Positions 23,001 to 36,700 are shown, counted from the first letter of the whole stretch. The stretch is 55,115 nucleotides of DNA, filler included, from Sphacelaria rigidula (GCA_964200075.2; 4 parts of 4 records of this genome joined end to end with filler, not necessarily neighbours in it); one strand, 5' to 3'. Made by a program: numbers and translations. The notes: generated from the sequence alone by a model not told the origin.

Positions 23001-26000
23001 CACTGTAATGGCGGGGCGATCGTTTGGATCCCTCTTGATCATGTCCCGGACCAGCGATCTCAGCTCCACGGAGTAGTACTCCAAAATCGGGGCGTAGACA
23101 CCCTGCGGGTAGAGGGAGTCAGAGGAATGGAATATGTAGTGCGGTGTACAAGCATCCCACCGGGGGGAAAGGAGGGGGGGGGGGGGGAGGGGGGTGCTGT
23201 CGCAGTGATACAGTGGCGTGGGAGGAGATGCGGCGGCAGAAGAAAGCAGGGGGTTGAGGCAGGAGGGGANNNNNNNNNNTGCGGTTCTCTCACTGAGGAG
23301 AACATGACCGGCCTCTCCTACCGGCATGGTGACCGCGGGAGCGAGCGAGGGGTGTGCTGTCGCAGTGATACAGTGTCGTGGTAGTAGATGCTGCGTCAGA
23401 AGAAAGCAGAGGTTTGAGTCAGGAGAGTAGAGAGTGTATGCAGACAGTATAGAACAGTTGAGGTCTCGCTTAATTCATCGGTCGATTGATTTGTATCGCA
23501 TAAAACGATCCGACATTAATCTGGTCGTGGTTACCATATTCTAGTACATACGAGTGGAATAACACAGCGCAAGAAAACGACATGCAGTAGCGATCTCACG
23601 AGTCGGTCAAAGGTGGGTGGCGGAGGCAAGCATCGCCGTTGGTCGCAGCTCTAGAAATAAACCCTCGTAATTGTACGTCTCAAATCAATACCTGGTGAAA
23701 TTCACGCTGTGGCCTCATGCTTCGTTCAACAGCAGGGAAACTACCGCATGCGTGTCGACTTGCTTGCCCTTGAGCAGCCGCGGCAATGATGGACGAAACT
23801 CTTGGGTACCCGTCCCTCTCTGCTGCCCCCTCCTCCTCATGACCCTACCCGCGATGCCAATATCGCAATCGCGAGCTCTCTAACTACGTAGCATTCGGCG
23901 ATCGCTAGCAACAACACGTACAGTGGCGGGATCTCTGGGTCTACGGGAAAAAATGTTTCGAACCCTGAACATGTACCCGCACCAACTCCCTACCGTTCGG
24001 ACAGCATCATCGCAATCCTCTCCCCAAAGTAACCCTGCCCTGGGAATACCCCGTGCTCACACTTTTGTTTCAGATTATGACCAAGTTTGTGTTCGTTTTC
24101 AAAAGCGTCATGTCTTGTTTTCAAAGTGTGGGGCGGGAAAATATTACCGTGCCAGATACCACCGTTCAGAAGCCGATGGACATGGTCGTCCGGATATGCC
24201 CCAACATTCTGCGCGTTTTTCACTTGTTGTGAAGTAGTAGGAGAGAAAACCTGCATAATTTTCATCCCTTCGCATTTTGTTTTCTTTTCTCACTTCTAAC
24301 CCTTCCCCTTCATCAGGACGAGCCTGCGGTCTAACGGTCTCAACGGAACAACCTACCTCTCTCCCGGTACACGCCGTACATGTTGGTACTGTATCACGAA
24401 TTGGATCATTACCATCAGCACTCCCGTACTGCGTTGACTCTCGTCTAACAAACTCAGCCAAGGCCAAGCAGATTCTTTTGCTACCCGCATCCTTGCGTTC
24501 AACGGCAGAAATAAATCAGATCTTTCTGCCACAAAAGCCAAACCATACGCATCTCGCGGGAACCGAACCCACGTCTTTCCTGATTTAAGAGTGACAGTTG
24601 TCCCGAAAGAGCATCATCGGGGCGTGGCGGCGATAAACCTCTGAATGCCCTTTTGGGGATTTAAGCAAGTTCTCAAACTGATCGAGCCCAATGGAAGGCT
24701 TGCGTAAAAGCTCTTGCGGACAGACATGGTCTCAATATCTTCCTATGTTTCGCAACCTGGCAAAAAACTGACGAATGACAGCTCAGATCACTTCTGGGAC
24801 ATCGCAAACTGCAAAGGCGTCAGAGATGTTGCCTTGTCAAAATTTTACAGATGCAGAACGCAGAGATCGGGTGATTTCCATGAGTGATGAAACCGGGAGT
24901 CAAGAGCAAGTGTGAATGGAGTCTGTGCGTTGGCTGATAACTTGATTCCTACCTTTTTGACTTTTTGGAAAAGCATGTAGAGATTGAGTCCCTCGCTCTT
25001 GAACGGGCTCCGCAGCATGGCAAGCTCGTAGAGCATGCACCCCAGGGACCACACATCGCTGCTCCAGCAGTACGGCCGACCAGCCAGCAATTCGGGCGAC
25101 ATGTAAAGAGGCGTGCCCACCTGCGCTTTGCCGTAGAATGACGCATGCAAATTGCGCGTAAAATGCTGTACTGATAGAGGAACGACTCAGGCCATACGGT
25201 ACATGTATTCAAGACGTGAACACGCGGCCGAAATAAATGGTGGTTCTAAGAAATGAGCTGGCAACACAACACAAAACAACACAAAACAAGAAGTATAAAT
25301 GGCCGCCCTCTGCAACACGGCTTCAGGCGAACAAGCTCTTGCGCGAGAGACATATATTGATACGAAATATATACATGGATATAGAATGTATATAGTTTAC
25401 TTGCATGCCCCGTTTTCCGTCTGGAAGACATGGATGATCCCTTCGTGCGGGGCCAATATCAACATGAATCTTTCTTGGGTACATCTAACATGTGACCACG
25501 GTGGGTTAAAGTGCGACAATCAATCAATCAATCAATCGATCGATTCATCAATTCATCAATCAATCAAAATCCGGGAATGCTCCTCTTTTTGCCCAAGCGT
25601 TGTCTGACATTTTTTCGTGTTGTGAGACAAAATGATGACATTTTTTTGACATTATTTGTGACGTGTGTCTGCTACAATAATAGAGGATCGCCTCATCACC
25701 ATCATGTTCAGACGAAACTCCGTCCTAATGGCACTGGTAGTGCAAGTGCGCGAGAGTCTATATATCTAACCCCAGTACGGGGCTTCAGAAAGTTTTGTGC
25801 ACCCCTACTGTACCGGGACTCGGTCGTATCACGAAAGTCACCCACGAAAAACTGAAACTACGCCACGCAGGGTAGGCTTGAAAATCGGAAGGTTTGGATG
25901 AGTGGCCAGAACGCAATGGAATTGAAGAGGCTAGCCTCTGCGCTGCTGCACGAGTTGGGTGTTAACCTTCCATTATGCATGAAAGCATGAGGAAATTCAG

Positions 26001-26958
26001 TTTTACGTCTCATACAATCTGAATCTCCAGTCCAAAACCCAGGAGAGAATGGGATAAAGTTGTTCAGCTTCACAGAAAGAATCGAAGAGATGCATTTCTC
26101 GCTGTAACGTCTTGATACGGAGTCAGACTTGCCCGGTTCAACTGCCAGTCAGAATTGCCCGGTTTAACTTCACGTGCAGAGGCATGCCGATGCCGCAAAC
26201 CAACGAAACGAACACACGGTGTGTGGGCATGTACCGGAATTCCCCGTTGACCAGCACTACAGGGTGAGCCATGCCTTGGAAGCGAAACGGAATGACTACT
26301 ATCACCACCACACTACTACTACTACTACCGCTACTGCTACCGCTACCGCTACCGCTACCGCTACTGCTACTCTGGCGTCTTCACGTTTGTGCGGTTCTCC
26401 AAAATGTACGAAGTTAACATTAGTTTCAACGAAGTAGATAGCGCCCTAAAGCAGCAGATAAGCAGCATTGTCTTTGCAAAGCAAGCCAAATTCCATACCC
26501 ACTACGCGGCTACCAAAACGAAGGCATGCATCTGAGCAAACCTTGACCACGTCATAGTATTGCTGGGGGTGCCTGCGATTGTACTGTTTATGCATGGGAG
26601 TGGGCGTCTTGTCTTGGAGAAATGTGAATACATACCGCACGGGGCTGAAGTAGGAACTCTCAACAGACATATGTCGGAAATGGGAGTCTTTTTCTCCCTC
26701 TCTTTTTTGTCCCGCTCTGATTCTCCTCCCTCCGCCCTCCCTCCCCTCGGGACACGCCCGCAGTCTTGAGCATTGGGTCATCACTCCCGCAGCTTGTCGG
26801 CTTCCATCGGCTTGTTTGAACCCTCGACAAAACTGCGTTGGTGATTGGGGAACAGACCGCTCTACCCAGTCAATCAATGACACTAATCTCACCTTGGAGT
26901 GCACCTCGTAAGTGTCCTCGCTCATTAGTCGTCCAAGCCCCAGATCTCCAACTTTAAC
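18793..26958 (-). CDS. NEK6/7: NIMA-related Ser/Thr kinase (NEK6/7-like), C-lobe plus long low-complexity tail; N-lobe missing beyond the contig end
   Basis: Phase-0 exons: 26958-26893 (VKVGDLGLGRLMSEDTYEVHSK, the DLG motif typical of NEK6/7); 25120-24953 (VGTPLYMSPE...SDVWSLGCMLYELAMLRSPF...NLYMLFQKVKK); 23102-23001 (GVYAPILEYYSVELRSLV...DPNDRPAITV); 20883-20818 (VCSSAKHMK...). A large exon ~20382-18797 follows and ends either at the stop at 18793 or at the donor GG|GTAAGG. Confidence 0.88.
19933..20031 (-). repeat. Coding CAG/CAA repeat encoding 33 Gln
   Basis: 99-nt (TTG/CTG)n tract on the + strand, in frame in the large NEK exon. Confidence 0.9.
20955..21115 (+). mobile_element. SINE family 1, 3' fragment
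   Basis: CTCCTGTTCTGACCTTCCCCCTGTGTGACTCTGGCTGGTGCGCCCACAT...AATAGATGG followed by a CA tail. Confidence 0.7.
21908..22369. repeat. ~460-bp near-perfect intronic palindrome (foldback element or hairpin-RNA precursor)
   Basis: Arms pair from the centre GATCCGATCGGATC (22142-22155) out to AACAGCCGAT / ATCGACTGTT. Confidence 0.92.
26312..26371. repeat. (ACT)n/(GCTACC)n compound microsatellite
   Basis: Direct reading of the sequence. Confidence 0.85.
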
Positions 26959-27513
26959 CTGCACAGTATTGTACAGGTCGGAAACAGGTCATAAGGGCAC
27001 TCCCCGTATGTAGGGACTTCACAAGTGCTGCGGTGTGTTGTGCCACAAGCGCGTCTCCCCCGTTATCGTTTTTGGTTTGTTTGGGGGGGGAATGCTAAGA
27101 CGTTCGTCCGCACTACGTAGTACCGCTCTTGACAGAAAAGTGCAAGCCACACTTTTGGTGTTCAGTTTCATGCGTATGTGTGAATCACGAGTACTTTTCT
27201 CTTGCAATCTTACGTTGGTTTACTCCTTTGAACTTGCAAACCGCGTCACAATGCCGTCGTAGCATTTCCTTTTTTCTCTAGTTGCCAGCAGTCTCGTGCA
27301 GATGGGGCCATCCAGATTGACTCGTGTTTGTTAATGGTAGCAGCGCCGTTCTCGTGATTGAAAAAGAGATGAATGCTTGCCTTTGTCTCCTCCTTCCCCC
27401 TTCCCCCTTCCCTCGTCCCGGCTCTTGCGCTTTTGCTACCTTACTATGAGCAGGGGGATAAGCAGAACCACTCTGCAACCATTTTGGGAGTATTAGCATA
27501 TTCCTTTGTCACC

Positions 27514-27613
27514 NNNNNNNNNNNNNNNNNNNNNNNNNNNNNNNNNNNNNNNNNNNNTTAATTAATTAANNNNNNNNNNNNNNNNNNNNNNNNNNNNNNN
27601 NNNNNNNNNNNNN
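27514..27613. other. Artificial contig linker
   Basis: N44-TTAATTAATTAA-N44. Confidence 0.97.
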
Positions 27614-28100
27614 GGTGGTGTGCTCCTTGCACTCTGTGACCACGGGTTCGAGAGATCGAGCTAATGTGACGGATATGATAATAATAATAACGAGTAGGAA
27701 GTTTGGGGGCACATCCGGCCAGGGTCAAACTTACGCGGTATATGCTCAGCTTATTGCATGTCAAAGACTCGTTGATTCGTTTCTGACATCTTTCGTTTTG
27801 CACTACAGATTTTACAGCAATCGCTTTATGGGGAGTTTTGCCAGTCACCACCAAACTACATGTGTTCCGCGGTCAAGCCGCCATGCAAAGGGTATTCCGA
27901 ACCATTTGCCGCCGCGTGCCCCGTCGGTCAGCGAACGGCATACTTTTGTATTTTTTCTACTTGCAGGTTTCGTCCTTTGCCTAGGGTAGGGTAGAGTACG
28001 AGCACGAGTATTTGAGATATCGATGCTCCAGGTACTCTGCAATACGCAGTATGTTAGGCTGTCGACATCCCTGGTACTTAAAGATACAGTAGTCTGCAGT

Positions 28101-28435
28101 GTGTTAAGTGTATTCTCGTCCCATCTATTCTGGGCCCACCAGCCGCGGGCACACAGGAGGAAGGCCAACACAGGAGCCTTTTCTTTTTGATTTGTTTTTG
28201 GTACCCCACCTTCCTTTTGCGGTGCTTGCCTTTATTTTTCAACGCGAGAGGGGTTCAGCAGTGCCTTTCCCTCGTCAACATTCAAGTCGAATCTTGTGTA
28301 CCCACGACACAGTCGCTCTCCACTGTTGAGTATTGTGTGAGAAAAATTCCCAGATCGCTCCAAGAATTGAACCCGCGACCCAACCGTCAGAAGAAGGTTT
28401 CGAGGTTACCAACTGAGCCACCGGGGCGACCGGCT
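28101..28435 (-). mobile_element. tRNA-derived SINE, family 1, near full length with an internal 3' deletion
   Basis: Minus-strand head GCCGGTCGCCCCGGTGGCTCAGTTGG and B box GGTTCAATTC. TSD TCTGCAGT at 28093-28100 and 28436-28443. Confidence 0.85.
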
Positions 28436-29127
28436 TCTGCAGTACAGTAGTCAGTAGTTTTGGCAGCCGATCCTCTAGGTATATACGCTATCGATATATG
28501 TTGCGACAACCGCCCGTTGGTGACGGAAGAGCTTAGCTCGACCCTGACCCCCGTCCCAAGATCGCAACACGGTGTTCCACAACCCCCCGGATCACAAAAG
28601 ACCGACGCGGGAAGACTCGGGAACCATTTCCGGATGGAAAAGGGGCATGGTCGTTGTGGCATCCGTGAACGGCAAATGAGCGGGAAAAGAGCCGAAAATG
28701 TGGGCGTTATGATTGGGGTTGGCGGGTAGACCCCCTTGCGCGCCATGTGCCGCATTAGGTACAGTGTAGAAAGCGATGGCCTAGCACAGGTACGTTCTCC
28801 GCCGATCGGTGGCCCAGATAAGGTACGACTAAATAATCATTCCTGAATCAGGTATAGCCGGTTAATTTTTGGCCTAAAAAGGGGAAGCGGTTTGTGGAGA
28901 CGAGACGCCCGTTCTCGCGTGACCACATATCGCAAGTAACATGTTTCTTCTTCGGGGGGTTTTCGAGGCCCGGGTGCCAAGCCGTCCCCAGAGTGATGTG
29001 CGTGAAAATTTTGGAGCGACAACGGTCTGAATGGCGTGTTTTGCTGTTTACGCGTTTCTGGCCATATTTCGTACCTTTTTTAGACAAAAAAAGCGAGAAG
29101 GTATACCTTCTATAGATCTTTGCCCTG

Positions 29128-29282
29128 AGAAATAAGAGGCAAGCACGGCAGAAGGGAGGTAAAGAATGAAAACAAACAAGAAAGAAAACACTCCTGTGTT
29201 GGTGTTCCTCCTATGTGGCCCTGGCTGGTGTGCCCACAAATACCGAACGGCGTAGACCAGCGCCCAGGATAGATGGGATGAC

Positions 29283-29313
<31 letters not shown>
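29128..29313 (+). mobile_element. SINE family 1, 5'-truncated, with expanded (CA)n tail
   Basis: GAGGCAAGCACGGCAGAAGG...GATGGGATGACAA followed by (CA)n. Confidence 0.8.
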
Positions 29314-29338
29314 CACTCCGGGTACCCTGGAATACCCA

Positions 29339-29632
29339 CACACGCGACCATTTGGCTACCCCCAACATTCCCCAGATCGGTCAACTTTTCGAGCCTCCAG
29401 AGGAATCAAACGCCTCCGGAGGGGTGCGCGGCCTTCCAGAGGAGACTTTTTAGTTTCTTCCAGATTGATTAAACGCCTCCGGAGGCTTGATTTTGCCTCT
29501 GGAGGACCGCGCATCTCTCCGATGGCATTTTGCTACCCCCAATTCCTCCGCAAGGGTGCGCGCTTGTTTCGCCTCTGGGGGCCGCGAATCCCTCCGGAGG
29601 CATTTTTGGGGGTAGCCAAATGGCCGCGTGTG
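29339..29632. mobile_element. 294-bp MITE with CAC...GTG termini (CMC/EnSpm-like)
   Basis: 26-bp TIRs CACACGCGACCATTTGGCTACCCCCA / TGGGGGTAGCCAAATGGCCGCGTGTG, flanked by CA/CA, with internal CCTCCGGAGG repeats. Confidence 0.75.
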
Positions 29633-29885
29633 CACGGAATTCAGTGTTTTGTCAGTCGATACTCGAGGTATCCCCGGATACTCAGTACTTTATTCGGCGG
29701 TCGATACACTGGCTACTCTGTAATTCTCAGTTTTTTTCGGTAGGCAATACTCGAGGTGCTCTGGAATAGTCAGTATTTTCGCTTCGTGATACGCCAGGTA
29801 CTCTGGAGTAGATCCAGTTTTTACGGTAGTCAAAACTCCAGATACTCCGGGAGGTACCAAGTATTTTCGGAATTGCGGGGTATCG
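29633..29885. repeat. Degenerate tandem repeat (ATACTCGAGGTA...ATACTCAGTATTTT units)
   Basis: About five imperfect units; related sequence at 49730-49835. Confidence 0.5.
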
Positions 29886-30791
29886 ATTCTCTTGACAAAG
29901 CTGGCTACGTACCCCCTGGGCAAATGGCAGAAATGTACGAAAGCGGCCAGCGTCGGCACCTCGTGGCACAAAAAAGCGTATCGCCCAACGAACAAGTATA
30001 CCGTGTGCCGCTTCGGCCCCGTTAAAAGCACCAGATAGCTCTAGAGAATATTCCGCAACTTTGCAGCTGCGCTAATGATCATGTCGCTTGCTGTTTTTAT
30101 GTTTGTCTTGCTGTGCACGGATGACCAGAAAAAAATAACACTGCAAATTGTGTTCTCGTCAAAAATGATCGACATCGGGTCAAATATCACGTCATTTTTG
30201 CGACCCAAAAATTGTCGCCTTCCACAGTTCTGTACCCTGCAGTGGTAGCCAGCAACAACATGTACCTTTTGCTGGTGACTGCCCAACAGCAAAAAATACA
30301 CTGACGTTCGAACGAACATGCGTGTTGATTCGTGTGCGAAATAGAAGCAGCTGCACATACAACGAGGACACCGTAGCCTCCAGGGCGCTGCACCTGCCCG
30401 TGGCGGACAGGCCTGGCCGACGAGACCAGTTGTGAAGTCTCACCAGGACAACCATACATCATCAAAAACAACTGCCGGACAGACGCACTACGAGTGGAAA
30501 TCCAGAAAATATCTCCGATCGTTCGCATCGGTGTTCTTGTCGTGAGGTCGTTATTTAAAACACGCAAATGTAGCGGCGTTGTGATAGTAATGCAGCAAGG
30601 TGGGTTTGGATCGGCTGGGATCCACGCATGTTATGGCAGGGCTTGAAAGGGGGGTTGAATTTTCAGTAACCCTAATATCTTCTCAGTGGCCATGAATGCA
30701 GCTTCTTCCAACCACTCCCGCGATAACTACATTCATGTTTTCATGCCATGCCAAGCGGAAACAGCGCGCAGAATATACATCCACAATAACT

Positions 30792-33700
30792 TCAAATAAC
30801 GGAAACGTCGAACGTCATGCGACCACCATCCGCGTCAAATCGTCCAGACACCTTCAATGCCACCCCCTTCTCCCCCTGTTCGTCAGCAGCAGCGGCCACC
30901 TTTTCTGGTCGGGGTAAAAATTTAAGCATCTGTTTCTCGTGTGCGCTACCCTGGATCATTGACCGCTCGATCCCCTCTCCCGTTAGACAGGTACTCCCGA
31001 AGGTGCTCCATCTCGCGCTCTCGTCCAGCTGGTAGTCTACCCAGATAGCCACAGCGTGCAGGATGCCCGGCGCCGTTGATGACAGCGTAATGCTTGACTC
31101 AACGTCCGTGGGTAGGGACACGTAATCGAACGACAGCAAGTCCCGGACCTCCGTCAAAAGCCTGCCACACATTTCAGACCAAACATTCGGTTTCGCCGGG
31201 GGAGCGGGGTGACAGGTGCTCACGCATTTCCACCCAAGCCTTGTCATGGGAGACGAGGCACGGCAGCAACTGAGTAGGCATGCTCACTGCGCTTATTTGC
31301 ACTACTTTTTGGTGAGAAGAAACAGGCATGTCTTCATATTTTGCCGGCACTATTCCTTCTGAATGTTGCGCGTCCGCACCTGTGCCTGTAGGCTCTCAGT
31401 GGGTACGGGTAGAGGAGCTGGTGCCATCTCGACCGGATGCGCTCATCGTAAGGCGAGTGGTCAAACCCAAGGACAGAGCCCACTGTGCCATGGTTTAGAG
31501 ACAAGTCTGGAAGCTCGATACCCGCCACGCATACAATCGCCCTCATAGGTAAAACTCTGCGAAGGCAAGTAAAGGAATTAACAGACGAACGGTGTCACGG
31601 GTGCGAGATGACGGTGTTTTTGCTCCAGTGCTCCTGACACACCCATGGTAATGGCCCCGTGGTGGATACCTCCACCGAACGACGAAGAACACTCCATATG
31701 CTTCGTTAAGTTACAATAGACGGAGTGTAAATGGCCTCGACCAGCGTGTAACGATATTTCTGCTGGTCGGCAATGGGGGTCATACATCGTCAACGAATTC
31801 GAGGAAAACATCGAAACGCGTTGTTTATCAAATGCTTGACACCTGCTCCGCGTTCAGGTGCTAAAAAGAACACGCGTGATACATCTAGGTTGCCCTACCT
31901 GTCCAACATGCGATAGAACTTTGAGTGTGCCAAGTGGCTAGAAGGGCATGAGACTCCAGACCATTTTGTCAAACCTCTGACAAGCGTACACCCTAAATCT
32001 CTCGAAATCTAACCAGGGAAAGGTGGGGTACCGACCCACCACTCTGCAGTCTTTTTGTTGTAGAGGTAGCCTCCACTACATAATTTTTCTCGCTAGTCCA
32101 TTATCACCCAGGTCGCTAGTTGGACGTCAAAATGGATGGACTTTGTAGGGAGGTTCGGAATAGTCATCAGTGGATGAAGAGACAGCCTGCATAAAAGAGA
32201 CTATTACGACTTGGCCTTACCATTTATGAGTCGCGCGTCGTAATTCTTTGTGCACGGGCTCCGACCAGCACACCATGGACATCACAAATCAACAAAAACA
32301 CTGCTGTGGCGGTGATCCCGCCAGCTGTACACGTGCTCATGCATGTAAGAGGACTTCAGCACACGCAGCAAAATGACGAGTGACAGCAAAAGGTACTCCC
32401 ACCCGCTCAACCCAGGTGCGAGGCTGCTGCACGCCTATTGACGATCTCGTGATTTTGAGAACTCTCAGTAACCGTCCATTTATACAACTGGCGTCTATCT
32501 GCGCCTACAAAATACCGTCGTCCGAAACTCGCAGCGCTGTCAGCGGATGAAAAATCCCCAAAACAAGCACAGACGGTCAAATAGCTCATACCTGACTTCC
32601 GGCTTGAGCACGGGGTGGAGGAGCCGTCGGAGGTACCAGAAGTTTATCGCTTGATACAACACCAAGGACTGCATCTGTCGCGGAACAGGGCAGCAATCAG
32701 ACAGTCACTAAACGAATTGCGAGAACAACGATGATACTGATGGAGCTCAAAGCCATGAAAACCAAACCACCACTTCATCAGCAACACTTGCCTTGCATAC
32801 AACCGAATGCAACCGAATGACATATCGCATATAACGCACCCGATAGTAAAACGGATCTCCCATCAGCGAATCGCAAAGTAGACGTTCTTGCGGCCGTTCC
32901 TGCTGTTCCTCGCCTCCGACCGCACCATCAGCTTCTGGTGCTACGGCTTCCTTGAGAAACGGCCATTCCTCTGCCGTCTCCAGTATGTGTATTTTCTCCT
33001 CCAGGTCATTGTTGCGAATCACCTACGAATTCCAAAGGGTAACGGCCAGAAAGGGGCCCACCATGTCATTTTTGGCCGCCTGAGGGTATAGTCAGCAGAA
33101 TCCCACACGTACAAATAACGCCAAGGTATACCTCTTTCATCCGCAACATATTAATATAAAAGTGTTGGATTGTTTTGGCCAGAATCGGCATATCGTCGCA
33201 AAAAAAGGTGATGTCCAAGGACAATAGCGACGAACAGCTACAACTTTTTCATTTTGTGCCATTCATGATACAGGACAGCTGTGCATTTGTGCAAAAAGCA
33301 TTATCCCTCTTGTTTCCCCCAGTTTTTTTCTGTACACGGAGCAGGGAAGCAACATAACAGGTGCTTGGTAAAAACGACGGACCTCGGGGATAAGCGCACG
33401 CGTTTGTTGGGTTGCCAAAAAAACGCTCACCACTAGATCCTTGAGTGACCAGAAACAATCAACTATACAGTTTCCTGGCCACTACCTACGCACAACTTTT
33501 CAGCGAGTATGGGCAACATATACACACGCAAATAGGGTGGGACATCAACACCATAAAATAAACAACGTACACGCGCACGCGCACCATTACAACGATAAAC
33601 GCAGACTGTATTTAAATCTTATTGGTATACGTAACCCGCGATGTTTTGGGGGCACATGAATGGGAACGTTGCGACGGCGAAATGTCTCAACTCCCTGGAG

Positions 33701-36700
33701 GTATATAATACGTTACCTGCCCCACGAGCAGCTGCGACCACTCTTCGGGTTCATACGACACTACGGCTGATGCGCCTTCTCCTGCGGCCAGGAACGCGCA
33801 CACCCCCCCTTCACCGATGTTGAGACACACCGCTGACTCGCGGCAACCCGGTGGGAGACCACGGAGCAATCGGCCCACAGCCAATCGATAGACTTCGCGT
33901 CTGAGCAACGAAAGAGCGAGCGAAATACGAAAGACTAAAAATCTCAGTGCCGCCGTCTTGTGGCAAAAATGCCTTGAGAGAGACAAACACGCGGCGAGGA
34001 CTAACGATTGACGACCATCAAATCGTCTGCGAAAGGGTCTGACACCCAAAAAATAGGATTCCGAAATCAAGTATAGATGAGCTGGAGAATGACAAATGGT
34101 CCGGGGCTACACGACTGGGTGCACCGCCACCACGTGCTGAGGACTAGGACTATCACCTCGCTTCATCAGTCAGCATGCCGATGCGCTCCGGGTTGCAAAG
34201 GACATGCCAGCCGCACCCGCACGGCTCCGGATCCCACTCCCTCTCCATGCGGTAACCATCTGCATCAACCGGAGCTCCAGTGCGAGATCCTTTGGCGCAG
34301 GATGGCGGAAGAGGTCCTGAGCAACCGTTCGGGTCATCTGGTGAGCGGCCGCGCTTGAGGGTAGACTTGGACGGTGTGGCTTCCTCGTCCGAGAGCGAAT
34401 AAGCACAGGGCGAATGAAACTTACATCTCAACTTTGCGGGGAAAGATCGTATCTGTCACGTCTACCGCCGTCAAGGGCCCTTGAACATTTACACGGAGCC
34501 ATCACGCCTAGCTTTCGAGAACGCGGTACTCTTCGGAAAGCACAGAAATACGCCACTATAAGCGTTATATCAGAAAACCACATTTTGTATTGCCAAGCCA
34601 CACGAACCAGGCTTGCATCGGCGTGCCACTCCGACTCACCGCTCGCGTGGCGGTCAACACCCAGCACTTCGAACATCACGTGCAGTTCAGAGTGCGTTAC
34701 TTTCAGACGCACGGTGTCCCCCTTCTCGACCTCCATGGCCCCCACCAACGGGAAATAGGCCGGGCACCAATGGTCCTGCCAGTTCTCCTGGTCCGGCCTG
34801 GTCACCATCACCCAAGAAGACACCAAAGCGAGCAAGATACAGGAACAGAAGCACACCGCGTGCTATAGGATCACGCAGCTTTGGATACGTCGGATGTCTC
34901 TGAAGTTCGGCGTGTGAGGTGTCTCAAAGTTTTGAATCGAAATGCGTCACCTGGTAGAGTAGCTGACTTCGCCGTCAAGATTGAGGTCCCAGGTCATCAT
35001 CACCGCGTCCAAAATACCGTCGCGGTCCGCCTTGACTGTCACTCTGCGACTACGGCAGCCCTCCTCTGGGAACGGCTCCCCAAACTTGAAGGTCAGGGCA
35101 TGGAACGATTCGCTGCATTATTTTGTGGGCAGATAGGAGGAAGGAGATGGCAGACAGCGAGACCGCTTGAGGATAGGGGGTGGTCGGCGAGTCGCATGAA
35201 GGGTGAGCTGCACCCTGCTAAGATTGTTCGGCCCGAAGCGTACTGATTATCTTGCACTTGGATGACGGCCTCCAATGAGTTGCTTCACTTTTTGGTACTA
35301 CCCATGCCAGAGACAGCCACGGCTTATACACTGCCTCATGGGTGTCTCACCATTTCAAACACTACGTATGATTGAGGATAGGGGGAGAAGAACATATCCG
35401 TTTTCTCGTCATGGGGACTGGTGTTGACGCACGGCGACCCGTGGAGAGAATAGGTCTGATTATTGGCGGCAATCCTTGTCTCCAAAACATAAACCATTCA
35501 TGTACGATTTGGAACACGCACGACATTTGCTGAAGTCATAGCAAAAATAAGTGTGCTCGTACACGTAGACTGTAAAAAGCGGGTGCACGATGCCGACACA
35601 CCACGATCTGCCGACCGCAACGCACATGTCGGGCTTTGATTTTATTCTCAGTACCAGCTTCGCGCGGGGTCACCTGAGTTTCACGCCATCCTCCACCTCG
35701 GCACCCTGGAGCGGCCATGCTTTCCTGCCGCCCTTGCACTTGGCAGCGCGAGCATTGCGCGCGATAGGAACACCCTGACTAAACTCCGCTCGGGATAGGT
35801 CGTGGCGAGCACGAAGTGATGGGCTTGTGAGGAGTACTCCATGAACCTCGGCTCCCGCGGGGACCATAACAGGTTTATCCACCTGGCGGAAAATACATCG
35901 GATCGAGAGGTGTGAGATATGACATACTTTTACCGTTTTTCATCCAGCGGAGACTTGGCAGGCAAAGGAGCCAGTCGAGTTCGACGAAGACCAAGAGTTG
36001 GATAGAATCTCCAGATTATTTTCACAACGGCTGACTCGATGTGTCCAATCGGGAACACTGCGTACTTTGAAACCACCTCAGTCGACGAGATGGAATTAGC
36101 CGACATCAGTGACTCTCACGTGATATCGATGCGATGCACTGTGGATCTCATGTACGCCACATGTCGAGAGCATGCATCAACTCACCAGTAGGTTAGCTAG
36201 AGCATGTCGGAAGGCGGGAAGACATCCTTCTCCAAGCAGCGCAGAGTCGTAGATCTAAGTTGTGTGGTGCAGGGGGCGATCGGGCAGCGTGACGAACAAG
36301 GGTACGGTCGAGAGCTGAAGGGCAGTGTTCATACAGAAACGAGTCAGCGTTCCCAAGCTTCTCCAGCAGCACGGGCAGAACAGCCAGGACAAGCAAACGC
36401 CAGCACCCGCGTCCCAAAACGTACCTCACCTCGTTCACGCACATGTCTGCACGTCGGGGTAGGTCTTCTCCTTCCCCCACTTCCAGGTCAGTGCTCCGCT
36501 TACCAATTATCTGGTATGAGTAGGATTGACGCGCGGCATGACGACGGAGGCAGCGACCGTGTCGACCGACTAGAGCGAAAACGCCAGCCCCATATATGTA
36601 GCACCCTGGCGGCACGCTTGGGATATCAGCAGCAGAACACACAAACAAAACGGTAGAATCCTCCAGAGTTCGTGCACAAGGTACCTTCACTTTTCCTTTG

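Noticed and set aside
23190-23425. Tandem duplication of ~80 bp in a NEK intron
   Set aside because: The copies flank an 11-N gap and the first shows mostly T-to-G changes next to a poly-G run, which points to an assembly or read-end artefact.
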